Positions 13,602-28,139 of a stretch of DNA of 64,000 nt are shown here, piece after piece. Source of the DNA: Paraspadella gotoi (taxonomy: Eukaryota; Animalia; Chaetognatha); contig CM119264.1 of NCBI GenBank assembly GCA_051294375.1, positions 11,011,832-11,075,831 on the forward strand. Direction: 5' to 3'. Position numbers and translations under genes: made by a program. The notes beneath the pieces are model-generated. The model ran no database searches. It was given only the letters and a program-made list of their open reading frames with translations, and was not told where the DNA came from. Position 1 is the stretch's first letter, and each line of letters opens with the position of its first letter.

Positions 13602-15977
13602 CCTCCCTCTCTCATCATTTTTTTCCATAAAATGAAAACTGTTGAAGCTCGGGTCTCTGGGGATTCCTAAGGCGCTGAAGGCTGCGTTCAAGCGTCCAAG
13701 TAGGGAGGAAAAACCTATTAGGCTTCGCCTCCTCTTTATCGGATTTATTGCAAATGCGCTTAATGACCCCATAGTACGATTCAACGCAAAATCAAATCAA
13801 TCCTCGTTAAAGACCTTTCTATTTTTTTTTTCTTGGATCGGATTTAAGCCGAAGATCAAACCAGTTGAATTCGTCGCGCTCTTGGGCTCTGGGTTCAATT
13901 CCTTCTCTCGAGGATAAAACAAACTCCTTTTCTCTCGATACCAATATTAAATATTCCGTTACATTTGAGTCGAGTCATCTCTTCGCCCTTTTCATATGGG
14001 AAGTAAGAAGACCAAGCGATGGGACGGACGCCGAAATACATTAAACACTGGGCGAGCGAGAAATTCTTCAATTCCCCCCTAGTGTCCAACCCAATTATTC
14101 TGCGGCATAAGATATTGTAAATTCGCCTTTGAAATGTCTCGATCTTTATCAACCGCCGTGGATCGCTTCAAAATCAAATATCGCTTTAAATCGCTTCGAA
14201 TTGACCTCGATCCCAATCGATCGCATCTGCTAAACGATTCGTTTCGTGAATTTTCTGACCCAAATGTTCGTGAATGCGAGAGAGAGTGAGATTGCATTTA
14301 TTTATAACTTCCCTTCCCCTATCGCCTTCCGTCTTAATCACGCAAATGGACAAAAACCGACTGGTATCCGTGTTGTTTCAGCTCCAACTTCGGCTATTCT
14401 TGAGAAACATCGGACGAAGAAAAATAAATAAACAAAATTATTCTCTCTCTCTCTCTCTCTCCCTCTCTCGTCATAAAACAGTGATAATTATGTTTTTTAT
14501 CCATTAAAAAAAATTGTATCGTTTCGATCTTTAACGAAATTTTTTCTCAAGTGATCACCCGTTAATGTAAATCGTTACTGGGTGAATAAAAAAAAAAGTT
14601 GAGATCGAAATCTCGACAAGTTTGCTTCTTCATTTCTTGGCTTCCTGAATTTAAAATCCCCTTCTTTCGAAAACTTACGCATGGGTCGGGTTATGAGTTA
14701 CTTTACATCGATCAGGTGTAACACTTCCCTTTCGATTGTCTCATTAAAACTAGTTTAATAGCGACACAGATATATTTTCCATTGCGAAATCGTCTGGTTT
14801 TCCCGTTACTGTTCCCCGCCTTCTCCATTGCTCTCTCCTCGCTAACCACGGTTTAAACTTTCGCTCATCCTTTTGACCTTTACATAATTCAAAGAAAAAA
14901 GAAACTCCAACCTTCCTTTACTCTTATGCTAATTAAGAATTTGTTGTTGTCGTTGTGATTTTCTTAGTTTCTGTAACGTCCTCATTTTCCGCCCCTCAAT
15001 TTTCTCGGAGGAAGGCGGCCAAGAGAAAGGACCTTTTAAAAAAAAATTTCACTAAACTTCGAAAATTTTAAATTCAAAAGAAAAAAAAAACGAGAATTTT
15101 TTTTTAACTATAAGAGGGGAAAAGCAATTCGTCATTATTTTTATTTTTATTTTATTTATTTTCATTTTATTTTTGTAACATTATTTCTCGCTTTTTAAAA
15201 GACAAAACCTATTTGTAATAAAGTAAATTATTTTAATTTTAGGGCACCCTCCCCAGACTCAACAATTTAAAATTATATAAACAGCTGAAACAAAGGGCCT
15301 AGAAATTGTTTTCTCGGTATTTTCTTCCGATTTCTACCAAAAACCACGAACGTATCTCAAAGGAGAGAATGAAAGAGGAAAGAATCTGGGACAAAGAAAA
15401 AAGATTAGGATTGGGATTTGGGGGGAAATAGTAAGGAGGAATTGTCGGCGAGGAGGGAAAAAACGATTGGGATGGGATGAAAAGATATCTGATGTTTTAA
15501 AGGTGAGAGAAATGAGGAAAGTTGAAAGTAAATTGTGAAATCGAAATCTTTGGGAGAGAAGATGATGAGGATCGGGAGGAGGAGGAGGAGGAGGAATAGG
15601 AAGAAGAAGAAGAAGAAGAAGAAGAATAGAAGAAGAGGAGAAGGAGGAAGAGGAGGAGGATTTATATCTAAGAAGGAAGGGGTGTCGGAGGTGAGGATAG
15701 TAAAGTGTTAAGGGTGAAAAGGGCGAATGGGTGGGAGTCGCGATTCGGATTAAACTCGAACTGGGAAGAGGAGGGGAGAGGGAGCATGTGGAGAACGAGG
15801 GGGGGGGAAGTTAGCCGTGGGGATTCGACACGCGCGCTCGCGCCGGCAAAAGACTCCGCAAAGCTTTCTTTTTCTTCTTTTTTTTTCTCTCTCTCTCTCT
15901 CTCTCTCATCATCTCAGCCAAAACTTTATCAAGAAAAAAAAAAAAAATTGTCTGTTTGTAAGAAAAACGAACAGCCA
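10490..15977. repeat. Copy B of the ~5.5 kb tandem duplication (likely uncollapsed assembly overlap or haplotype)
   Basis: Same sequence order as 4903-10376. It contains a 25-N gap (13545-13569), and 10402-10489 also repeats ~7686-7770. Confidence 0.9.
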
Positions 15978-17352
15978 AGTGCGAGGAAGGCGACCGACTA
16001 CGACAAGCAGGCGACGAAGACGACGACAACGAAAACAAGGGTCGCACTACGGCGAAGAGTCGCGTCAATCAAAATCAGATTTCTTTCACGCTCCTCCCCA
16101 CTCCTTCGCCCTTCATTTTCTACCTCGCCTCCCCCCAAACTCATTCTCCCCCCCCTTGTTATTATTTTAAGTTCGATTATATTTGAGTCGAGCTTTTTTT
16201 TTTTTTTGATCCTTCAAATCGTCGCTGTTTATGACCTTTTGTTCGTTTATTCGTTCTTAATTAGGGAGCGACAAACGTTGATCAAAACAAAGAAGAACGA
16301 GGTCCCCCGAGCGAGTTGGGGGGGGGGAATTCGCGATTTCGATCGGAGCCAAAAATTATTCTTTTTTAGTTAATCGCGAAACGACGACGTGAGCCTGACA
16401 TGCTGACCCGTTCGTGTTTGTTTTTGATCATTGCCGTTGCTAGGCAATGAGAGTCACGAGAGTTATCACGAGGCATCTTCATAATCATCGTTGTTCGTGA
16501 ATGTACTTTTCAACGCGAACTGAAAAGGAAGCGATGAGCTCTTTCACGTTAACAGTCCGGTTTTAGATAGTAACGTCGTATAAAAAAAAAAAAGAAAAAA
16601 ACGCCATTTTCGTTTTCTTTCCACGGTAAAAGCAGAAACCTAGAACCATGACAAAGGATAAGAAGCAAAGTTCTAACAAAGTTTTCACAATCTCAGCCCG
16701 CGAACTACGGGTTATCCCTACAGCTGAGGTTTAATAGCGAACAAGAATAAGTCACGATGTAAATTTTAACCGAGACCCTAAGGCACCCTTCTCCACGGAT
16801 GTCAGCTTTCCTGAATTCGAAAATAATCATAAAAAATCGATAAATTTTTAACTTTAAATTAAAGCGAAATCTTTTCTCTTTCGAATGATTCAAATTTGAG
16901 AATTGAAGTAGGAAGAGATAAACATTTTAAAATCGTAACTTCATCATGTTTGATCATGATTAACTGGTATCAAGCCACGCCACCATTTTTAATCTTTTTT
17001 TTTTTTTTGCGGAAAAAAAATAATGACAAATAGGCCCCCCAACGAACTGTGAGATTCGAAATTACAAAAAAAAAAATATTCTAAAAGATTTTAGCGAAAT
17101 TTTAATGGATGAGTTTATTACCTACGAAACTGTTCATTTTTTCCCCTTTAAACAAGCGAGCAATTTAACTTGCACCAGGTGGATTCGTCAGAGGGCGTTT
17201 CGTGTTAAACCGTTAAATAAACCGTCAATGATTAGACGAACTAACGTTTCATTCGGGGTTTCGGCGTTGATGGCAGTTTGTTTTTACACATTTTGTATTT
17301 CGGAAGTCAATAGACTATACCATCTTGTTAATGTGAGCACATTTTTATTCTC

Positions 17353-17450
<98 letters not shown>

Positions 17451-18272
17451 CCTCATAATCATATCTCAACTCTCAGAACAACCCCCACTAACGCCGCAGT
17501 AATCCCTCCCCTCTCTACAAACGCCTCACCTTTCGCTTTCTCTCTCCCGGATGTTTGGCGTCGATAGGAACGAGATGCACTTCTCCGTTGTCCGCCGCAC
17601 ATCCGGGTCCCGACGATTCCATCTCGCGCTCGGCGAAACGATGGAAATCCAAAGATATTTAATCTCGAAATGAATATGGCGAGCAGCAAAATCAGAACGA
17701 ATAGTCGGAAAGTTGGATTCGACGGAACAAATCGCCCACTGAAGCGGACAAGTCGCCTTCTTTAGGGGACAAGTCGCCTCCTTTTAGCGAACGTCACCGA
17801 ATTTCGCCCATCATTTGATTTCCTCTTCTTTTCTTTTTATTGTTTCGCTTTTTAGCCTGCGAATTGTTTGTTTTTGCTTTTGCGTTCAATCCATTCCATT
17901 CATATTAACAAGTTGCAGTCATTTTTAACTTTCCTTTCAAGTTTTTGGTTAGTTTTATAAGCGGATTATTTATAAAAGAAATGTGTCTTGTTTCGTGCTT
18001 CATCTTTTTTATCGAAACCTTTTCCTTTTCGTTGTCCGTTTTGGTCAGAGGAAGGTTTCTTTTCAAATTGCAAAATAAGAATCTCTCTTTCTCTCTCTCT
18101 CTCTCTCTCTTGAAACGAAAATGGAGACGAAAGAGACGACGGCAAAGACGATGAGGGAAAGCGAAGGGAAAATCCCCTTTGCATGTTTCAAACATGGAAA
18201 TAATAATAATTCCAAGAACTCAATTTTTTTTTCTCGTTACGAATGAGGAATCTGAAGCCGAGCCGTCTCCCT

Positions 18273-18348
<76 letters not shown>

Positions 18349-19217
18349 CTCTCTCGCTGTGTCAACGTTATTGACGCTGCTGCCGTTGGCGTTGTCTCAT
18401 CATCGGTGCCAAGGAAAAGGGGGCGTATCCCAATGAACGAGCGAACACACAATCGAGGCTCGAGTCCAATACTAAGGTTATTGACTCAAGGATTTTTTTT
18501 TTCGCTAACATAAAATACTTTTTAAATTGGTTGTGCCGATGACCTTCGCATTTTTAGTTTTAGAATATCGATGTCCATTAAATCGTGAATTTTAATTAGT
18601 AAAGTAAAGTCATTCTCGATTTTTTTTTCATATATGGTACGAACACGAACATGTATGTCAATTCGTCCTCAAAAGAATTTCGAAGGCATAATCATCACAT
18701 AAAGATGTTAAAGTATAACTTTAGTATCACTGTTAAAAACGATATTCTTACGAGGCGTTAACGTCGAAGTTTTGAGTCATCGTAGACTTCAGTCTTTTTT
18801 CACAGTGAAATAGTTGAGAAAATTTATAACTCACAAATCGCGGTCGAAGGGAGAAGAAAAATGGACTGTGAAATGGGGAAGCGACAAAGAATGGGCCAGT
18901 CAATCGGGAAGGGCATTGCCGAAAACTCACTCTCAATCTGTTGCCAATAGTTGGGAACGGTCGAAACGGGGAAACCTCGAAACGGAAAGTCAAAAACGAA
19001 AGACAATACGACAATTAAACTTAACAACGGAATGAAATGAAATATTAAATAGTCGATGAATTCATTATCAACGGAACAGCAACGTAGAGCGAATCCTCCT
19101 CTGAAGTTCGTAGGCAACGGTTGGAATGTCTTTAATGTCTCCATAGAAGTTGTATGTTCTTCTAAATTCTCAACTCCTCTCTCTCATAGTAGGGAAACCA
19201 GGTACTCTTGGAGTGAA

Positions 19218-19370
19218 TAAACAAGACTGTGAGAGAGTTGATTGAAAGCTTGCTATGTCTTGTAAGAGTGATGGAGGCTTAAACCACCAAAGGCCAGTCC
19301 AATGTCAGGGGCAAGATAGCTTATTTATTAAATGAATGGATAATTTTTATAATTGGTTGTACAATTTCAT
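19218..19370 (+). repeat. Dispersed repeat family, copy 1
   Basis: The core TTGATTGAAAGCTTG...GTGATGGAGGC...GCAAGATAGCTTATTTATTAAATGAATGGATAATTTTTATA is shared with 39196-39343 (+) and 57247-57390 (-). Confidence 0.85.
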
Positions 19371-22300
19371 TAAACATTGGTAATTTGAACGGGCTATTTA
19401 TAACGTCGCGCCATTGACACATTTCGATTTTAAGTTTAACTTATGTTTTTTTATATATATATTTTTTTTTTTGGTTTTTGCGCTGAAGAGATTTAAATTT
19501 TACGAGTTCGTCGACCCCCAGACAAAATCGGACTCTCTCAAGATCTCGATCGAGTTTTTAACACAAGTATAAGACGTAAAGGAAAGCGAACATTAAAATA
19601 GTTCACGTTGCTTAGCGACGGGATTAAGATTCACGGCAAACAAGTTTGAAAAGGAGAGGGGGAAATCATGCATTCGCCCGATTGACGTTGATGAGACTCG
19701 CGGCGAGACTGAAAAAGGATCATGCAATGAACACTAAAAATATCTCGTACTTTCGATACGAGCTTTTTTAGTTGCGACGCGAGTACTCGCGGAGCGACTC
19801 TATAAATCACTTTTCGGTCGGTACGTCGGTATGTCGGTCGGTTATCGTTTGTTAAGACAGAAAAAATCTCAAATCTAAGAGACTGCTAGCGCCGCCTTCA
19901 GGAATTCCTAAAACTATACGGAATAAAAGATGGAAAGTGATCAAAGGGAAATACATAATAAAATAAAAGTACTGCGGCGCAACACATTCGAAATACCGTT
20001 CTTGTTTTTCTTCTTTTTTATTTAATTCTATGTTCTTTAAACTGGAAGACCAACAGTTTAACAGTTACCTATACTTAAAAGTAAAGGTAGCTTTAACTGT
20101 GTTGAGCATTCAATTAAAAAAAAACAACAAAAAAATTCCTCAAAGGCGGTAAAGAAATGTCGCTTTTACATTGTTATCCTTAAGTTTAGTATAAAAAAAT
20201 AAGTTCTTACATTAAATCTTTGAAATTTTTTTTATCTAACTTAGCCGTTATTTGAATATATAATATATAATATATAATATATATTGCTCGGAAATCTTGA
20301 AAAAAAATTTAAAAAAACAATAAAACTTTAAAAATTATAAAAATTCACAAAATCTATGTCTAAATTAAGCAACTATATCAATATCTACAAAATGTATAGA
20401 ATTGATTCTTCGTAAAAAGTAATTACCCTTCTGCCCAAATCTTCCAGTTTGAATTTCGAGGATTTCTGCGTTGAAAACACAGTTGATACATTCGATGTAT
20501 AAGTAGTATGCACACAAATTAAAATTTTTAAACGAAAATTTAGGGCTTGAAACGATTTCACGGCGGACGAGGAGGTAGTAAGAGATTACGGGTTTGGAAA
20601 AAAAAAGATACAGTGACGGAACGATCGACGGGAGCACTGGAGGACGAGGTAGGACGAGGGGTAAGGCACTTGGGTGGCGAAGGACCCTAGGGCGGGGGGG
20701 GCGAGGATAGACAACTCTACTGTTTGTCTTTTTGACTGAGCTCGTCGGAAGGCGGGACTGTTGGCGCTGCTTTAGGGTGTTCATCATCGCCATCATGTCC
20801 TGAGGCGAATCCGTGGGGGAGGGACTGAGGGGAGTGGACGGGAAGGATGAGGCCATGATGATGTCCTCTTTTTTTTTAGAGGGGCCGAAGACGAAACATT
20901 CGAGGAAAGAAGGTGGGGGCGGTGCAGGTCGGGCGGGATAGAGAGAGAGAGAGAAATAAGATGACGATAATTTTTAACAGTCGTTCGATGGTTGGTTCAA
21001 TTTTTTTTAATATCAAAAATATGAATTTTTTTTTATTTAGTTGTGTATAGATTTTATAAATATAGTAATAAAAACTTTTATTATATATATGTATATATAT
21101 TTCCATATATTTATTCTCTTTTAAATTGTTTAAAATTATAAATACAAAAATTTTGTCATATATATAATAGCAAAAGGCTTTTCGACTGCTACTTCTCTTT
21201 CGAAAGAAAAAAAGGAGACACTTGAATCACAGTTTGAGTTAAGTTATGTTTGTTGTGCATCACAGGACGTAAATTTACGTAGACTAAATAAATTAATTAT
21301 GTGTAAAAGTAAATGTAAAATAGTAAAAGAGAGCACAAGAAAAAATTAATGCGGCGACGTAGAATAAAGAAACATAGCGTTGAGAAGAAAAGTTAAAAAA
21401 ATTAAAAGTAGAAAGTTTATATCTTTCTTGAAGACAAGAAATCCCTCGGTTCTTAATCAACATCCGCAGAGATCAAGTCGTCACAAGTTGCGTCGAAACA
21501 AAAAACGTCGCCCAAAGGCTCGCGAACGCCATCTTGTTGTTGTTGTCAACAGTCAGCGCCCTCGTCGTCGTCGTCGTATAATTCTCTGTTCATTCCGAGC
21601 GCAGCCTCGACCCTTGTGGGTGACGCGATGAAACGAAGTTGCGCCAAAAGCGGAAGATGCTGGCGTGACCGCTGCTTTCTGGATCGTAACGTTTTCGTCC
21701 GAAGATGCGAATTTGAGCATATCACTAACAGTATTACTATCATAATCATCGCTTGCAACAGCTTACATACTATAATGAACCTATCTTTAATATTATTTTC
21801 AGTACAAGGTATAAGTATATTGTAGGGAAAAAAATATACTCTTCGCTTTCTCTGTTAGTCCCGGGACGTAAATACGTGTCGCTTAACGTGAATTAGGCTT
21901 CCGTTACCACGTTTCCACTAGACGTACCACGCTTCTCCTCACCTTGATACTTAGGGTACCACGCGTATTCGTTGGGATCCGGACAGCGGACGTCTTTTGT
22001 CATTTGGGGTCCTCGTGTCGCCCGCTGAGAGGCGCCGTAGGACGCGACGACCAGTTACGTAGAGTCACGTCCCGCGCGCCAGCGTAATCCGATAAAATTA
22101 ATTATCACCGTTAATTATCACTATTTTCTCTTTCCCACTCAAATCTTCGGCCGAGTGACGACTGTTTGCTTCGGAATCGTTTTGGTTTACGTTTATCTCG
22201 TCGCGAGTAATCCAAAGAACCGCGAGCAAAACGACGTTCGAGGGACAGGACGCTCGACGCTCGTCAGATGTCGCGAAGGATAAAATTATTTTTGAATCTT

Positions 22301-23047
22301 TTGTTTTTTTTGTTGTTTTTTTTTTTTGCGCTAAGTTTAAAATTAATCCCTAAATCCGAGAAAAGCTACGAAGTCGCGCCAAGCGGAGCTTCCGTCGGCG
22401 CGACGATCGTCCACCGACCGCATCTTGACGCGACCTCCGTCTCTCCTCTTTATTTTTGCAAACGCCTTTTGTTTTCGTGAATATCATATAAACGGCGAGA
22501 CAAAAGGGGCAAAAGGGAGAGGGAATGAAATACAAAAGTAGATTCTTTTGCGTCTTCTTTTTTTTTTTTTTTTCTGGGTTCGCGTCGCGCGGCGAAACTG
22601 TTTCTTTTTTTTTTTTTTTTCTTTCCTAAAAAAAGGAAAATTCGAGAAGGAGAGAGAGAGGGAGAGAGAGAGGAGAAAGAAAAAAAATGAATTCGGTTGC
22701 GGCGAAAAAAGAAAAAAAGTCGTCGTCGGACCGGAAGTCGCCCGGTAGGAGGCGTGGCGCGAACGAGGCGAGCGACGGCGCGTGCGGCGAAAAACTCGAA
22801 ACATCCGAGATACAATGAAAGAAAAAAAGAAATAAATGAAAAAAAAAAAAAAAGAAAGGAGAGAGAGAGAAAAAAAAATGAGAGAGAGAGACAACGACAA
22901 GAAATATCTAGCAGCGGTTTCTCTTTTTTTTTTTTTTTTTTTTCGACAAGGCAAAAAGGCAGAAAACACACAAAAACGCCGAGAGCAACAGTTTAAAACT
23001 TCAGGAACGCAATCTGGCCTGAAAGAGCAGCAAATTCGCTTCTCTCT

Positions 23048-23106
<59 letters not shown>

Positions 23107-23436
23107 GAGCTGTCCGACATCGAATTTTTGAAAAGAGGGAAGAAGGTGGCGATGGTGAAACGAGGTCGGCGAGTGATCCGAGGGCGACGGGGAGGCGGGG
23201 AGGCGGGAGGACGAGCGAGCGGGCGGAGGGTTGGGAAGGAGGGAGGGCGGCCGCAAAACGGGGCCCGGGGGGCACGGATCGAGCGGCGGAGAGGCAGGGT
23301 CGGGCGTAGGTAAGGCAGGGGGCCGATCCCCGGATATCAACGGATAGGGAATCTTGTTGTGATGGTGTATTAGCTATGAGTAGGATGAGGAGGAAGAGGA
23401 GGATAAGAGCGAAGGAGGAGGGGAGAAACTATGAAG

Positions 23437-23475
<39 letters not shown>

Positions 23476-23476
23476 A

Positions 23477-23512
<36 letters not shown>

Positions 23513-23607
23513 AGAGAGAGAAATTTTTTCGCCAAGGTAAAAAGCCAGTCGGTTAGCGCCGTGATGCTCGAGAGGTGGTGATCTTGCGGTGGTAATTTCT
23601 CTCTCTC

Positions 23608-23657
<50 letters not shown>

Positions 23658-23931
23658 CTCTCTCTATCCATTTTAATTCAGGTGGTTTCTCGAACGATAA
23701 AATCTGAAAATTCTAAATTAAAAGAAAACTCGGACGACGAATACGACGACGACGACGACCACGTTAACGACGTCGAAGTTGAACTGAAAATGAAAAGGTT
23801 TTTTTTTTTTTTTTCAAAGGTTTTGACCAAAGTTTCGTCAGAATTCTCGACTCGAGACTCCAAAGTTTCGGGAAAAAAAATCGAATCTTGAACGAAAACT
23901 GTGAGATCGGAGGAGCGAAGGACTTTCGTCA

Positions 23932-23962
<31 letters not shown>

Positions 23963-25217
23963 AAACTACGACGAAGACAAGGACAACCCAGATAACTGTA
24001 GCAAACCTGACGTATTCGTCGCCGCGTTTGGGTCGTGACAAAAATTTATCTATTACCGAGAGAAAATAGTTGTCTTTCGGAGATTTTTCATAGTTTTGCC
24101 ATTTGAGAAAAGTGATAAAATTTAGTTCGTTTCTTCCTTTAATTTGAAATTCCAACAAAATTTATCGACGTTATCAAAAGTTATAAAAAGTCCTGTGAAA
24201 GTCGTACGAGACAACCGAAAATAAAATTCTTTTAGTCCCTTAGCCCTCTTTACTAAAGCATTTTCGCGGTTTGGTTGTATCTAAGGGGGCGGATATATTG
24301 TTTGACGGATAGTGCATAAATCAAATACAGCGCTTTTTTCTTAAACTCAATTTCAAGGTAAGAAAATATACATCCTCATAATAGAAATAGTATTTGGAGT
24401 TTTTTGATATCTTAAGCATTTAATTTATTTTTCCCAAAATTTACAGTCTTGATATTCTTAATACCAATTCCCGAATTTAATCCAACTTCGACGGTACAAT
24501 CTGTCTTGAAATATTTTCAATTCACGTAGTCGCGAATGGCGTCTTAAAAACGAGTCGCCCCCCCCCTCTTTCCTATCTTCCTCTCATCAAAATAGGAGAT
24601 GAAACGAAAATATTGAGAGATGAGGTCAACAGTCTCGCGCGCTGACGAAGGAAAATGTGGAACGCGAAAGAGAAAAAGAAAAAAGAAGAAAATCGTGGAT
24701 CGTGATAGAAGGTGCGGGGGAGGAAGAGGAAGAGTGGGGAGAGGGGGTGTCGAGATTCGGGGCGGAGGAGAGGGCGGAGAGTTTGGGGGGGGGGGAGGCG
24801 ACGGCGATGGCGGGAATGGATCCCCGTCGAACGCGGGGAAATATTAGCGAAGCGTGAAGAAGGTTGCGTGGATTCGTTCCACGGTCTTTCGATACGGATC
24901 GTCGTTGCCAAGAAATTACTCGTTCGAGTTAAATATTTCAAACCTTCATCGCCACAGCCTTCCTTTGAACCGGCCACCTACTCGTCTTCATCCCGTCTTC
25001 AAAATTCGCCTCCCCCCTCCGCCCCCCTTCCACCCACTCCCTCCTACGGCACCGGGATAATCTTTGATCGAGGCTTCTTTACGAGGCGTCATTCATTTAT
25101 TGAATGATTCATTCAATCATTGATTCATACCTCCATTTGCTTCAGGATTCGTACATTCATGGATTTTTTTTTTCGAAATATTTTTCTTCTATAGTGAATT
25201 TCGGATCCGGACATAAA

Positions 25218-25274
25218 ATAGATAGGTAGATAGGTAGATTGATTTGATAGATAGATAGATAGATAGATAGATTT

Positions 25275-25334
<60 letters not shown>

Positions 25335-25348
25335 TGTAGATAGATAGA
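25218..25348 (+). repeat. (GATA)n microsatellite
   Basis: Direct TAGA/GATA tandem array with a few GGTA/GATT variants. Confidence 0.95.
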
Positions 25349-26425
25349 TTTAGGAAAGGTAAAAATATAAATAAATAGAATGTTTAGACATAACTATTTT
25401 TAAGCTTGAGAAGATAATTTTTTATTAAATCAATATTTTGAACCTTTCTTCAGACGTGGCGAATGTTGCCGTGTCTGAGCTCTGAAATCAAAAATTGCGA
25501 GCGACTCAGAAACGAGCACCTGTTATTTAAAACGAGCGAATTTAGGAACGCCCGCTGGGTGGATGGAGTAGAAAGCAGCAATCCCCAATGCCGGAGTCCG
25601 AAGCGCGCGTGCGCGAGAGGTCGGCCTTCATATTCGCGGTTGATTTGGAACCGAAATCTAATTTTGGGTCAAAAACGATTCTCCGCTGCTTTCGCTCCAA
25701 CGCTCCCAAGCAGGATATTGAAAAATCGACGGGACTTGCGAGCCGCAGTAGCACAATACAATGCGACTGTTTGTTTGTTAATAAGATGTCAAAGTCAAGA
25801 ATCGTTTGGCCACTTGCACTGTCTTCACTCTTCATTCATGTCAAAAAAGAAGACACTTTGGCCCGGCCAAAGAATGCACCGTTGACTCGATCATTAGCGT
25901 CCCGTCGCCACCGCAAACTTAAAGTCTCCAAAGTCGGAGAGCGTTCCCGACCGGACGAACATCTTGAGAACTTTTCAAAAGTGGGGACCAGTTGCCCAGT
26001 TTTTATATGTAACAATCTATTGAGAATTAAGGTGAAACTGATGGAAATGCAAAGTAGGCAATGAGGACTTGTGTAACGTACCAAGTAAACTTATTGATTA
26101 TCTAGAACCATAGGAAATTATACTAATAGATGTATAATACATAGCTTTGTAGTTTTGCAACCGGAAATTCAAAGACATTCACAAATAATGCTCATGTCTA
26201 CGACGAAAACTTGCCTAACTTCGCATTTTATATAACTGATGGTCTATTCCGGATTCTCTCTTTCTCTCTCTCGTTTTCTTCCACCCTCTCTCACTCTCCT
26301 CAAAAGCCCATACGCAAGGAATATGTAAAGATAAGACTTAGTCAGCCCCGATGCAGGGAGCCGCGGCAGCAGCGGGCCAGCTACTGGTATGCGTACAGCG
26401 GCAGCCCAGCCGCAATCATTTTTTG

Positions 26426-26477
<52 letters not shown>

Positions 26478-26780
26478 GATGGAAGCCTCCCATAGAAACT
26501 CATTGGGAGGTTACCACAAAAAATTACACGGCGGTGCCATTAAGTTTAATGTCCATTCCAAACGTCAGTTTCCCTGACAATTTCATACTAAAAACAGATA
26601 AAGAAACAAACGTGTTTTTCCTAAGATGATGAGTTTCTTTTTCCTCTTCGTCTCTCTCTCAGATTTAACAAAGTTTCAGCGTCTCACTTTCAGCTCCAGT
26701 ACCGCCGTGGCGCCATGAATTATTTTTTTTTAGCATTTCCATTCCCCACTCCGCCCGTCCCCCGAAAACCTCGGACGAAC

Positions 26781-26963
26781 CTGAGATCGCGCCGGTTCGA
26801 CGTGGCCAGTCTCCCCAGGCACAATGGAGGCGGGGGCGTGGAGGGGGTTGGGGGAAGGGAGCTGGGGTTGTTCCAGAGAAGAGGAGGAGGCAATGACCGA
26901 GGACTGTTGCTGCGCTGATTGTTGCTGGTTCAAGCTGCTTCGAGACATCGCTTTACATTGCAT
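26781..26963 (-). CDS. Candidate first coding exon of an unidentified minus-strand gene (Q/S/P-rich N-terminus)
   Basis: ATG at 26963 or 26948, reading MSRSSLNQQQSAQQQSSVIASSSSLEQPQLPSPNPLHAPASIVPGETGHVEPARSQ and ending at a phase-0 donor CAG|gttcgt. It lies downstream of a GC-rich leader and the CCAAT/ETS cluster at ~28.2 kb. No downstream exon was identified. Confidence 0.4.
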
Positions 26964-28139
26964 TTGTTTTGGTCGTCGGTGACGTCATTCGTCGACGGAG
27001 AAGGGGCGGAGAACGCACGATGGCGTCCTTCGCGCGCGGCCGGGGGGGGGAAGACGCCGAGAGACACCGCAGATCCACAGGTGGCGCCGTGAGGGGGAGT
27101 AGTCCGCGCGTTGAGAAGGAGCGACGACGGAAGGGTCTGGCTAGGGGAGCCAAAGATAAGAAGGAAGAAAGGAAAAAAGCTCAAAAAAAAAAGTAAAATG
27201 AGCACTATTTCGTGAAGAAAGGGGGTTGGGAGGGGATTAGTTTAACAGAAAGGGAGAAAAGTAGAATGAGGCGCTCCTGGAAAAAAAAAATAACGGGTAG
27301 AACGCCGCGAAGTCAGCTTTCCGACGCGACAGATCCGCGGTTCATCCTATCTGCTGGGTGCACGCGCTGGATCGGCTGCGGCGGAGGAGGAGGAGCGTTG
27401 CGACGTAATTGAAGGGAAAGGGAAGAGGAAGAGTTGCGTTCCGTCGCTGCTGCCGCTGGCACCGGGGGAAGGGGATACGGAGAGAGAGAAAAAGAGGGGG
27501 GTGTTCCGCCTCTGCACCTTACGATTAGGCAAATGAATTTCGCGGCGGCGGTGGCGATGGCGGCGGGGAGCTTCTTCCCAAACAAAACTGTTTGTCTCGG
27601 TAACGGATGGAGTTGGATCCCGGCGGGAGAACCTTTGGCGGTTCCGGTCGGCGCATCCTTCGCCTCGAAATCGTCAAGCGGGCCGAGAATGTAACGGTGA
27701 CGGCGGTACTATACGCCCGCGCGAAGAGTCGTAGCAACGAGAGGCCGTCATCGTCATAGCGCCGCCAGGAAAAAAAAATTTCTCCAGGAAATGAGGCAGA
27801 NNNNNNNNNNCGCCAGGAAAAAAAAAATTTCTCCAGGAAATGAGGCAGATTTTTTCCCCTTTTTTTGCTTTAGGAATCAAGGCCCGGCGTCGTGCCAATG
27901 AGGCGGCGTTGTAAGACGCCGTCTGAGGATCGAGGTCATGTCCCCGCGGCGTCGGAAGACGAGAGGGTCGCGCGCGCGAGAATGAGCGGAGATTAGAAGA
28001 AAAAAAATAGAAAAAAAATTGAAATTTCGTTTTGTCGTCGCAAAAAAAATAATAAATAATCAGTAGATGGGGGAGAGAGAGAGAGAATACAAAATTGGTG
28101 CAATTCTTTCCTTCGTTTGATCTCTCGCTCTCTCGTTCA

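Noticed and set aside
27762-27850. ~40 bp direct repeat
   Set aside because: It flanks a 10-N gap (27801-27810) and is an assembly overlap artefact.
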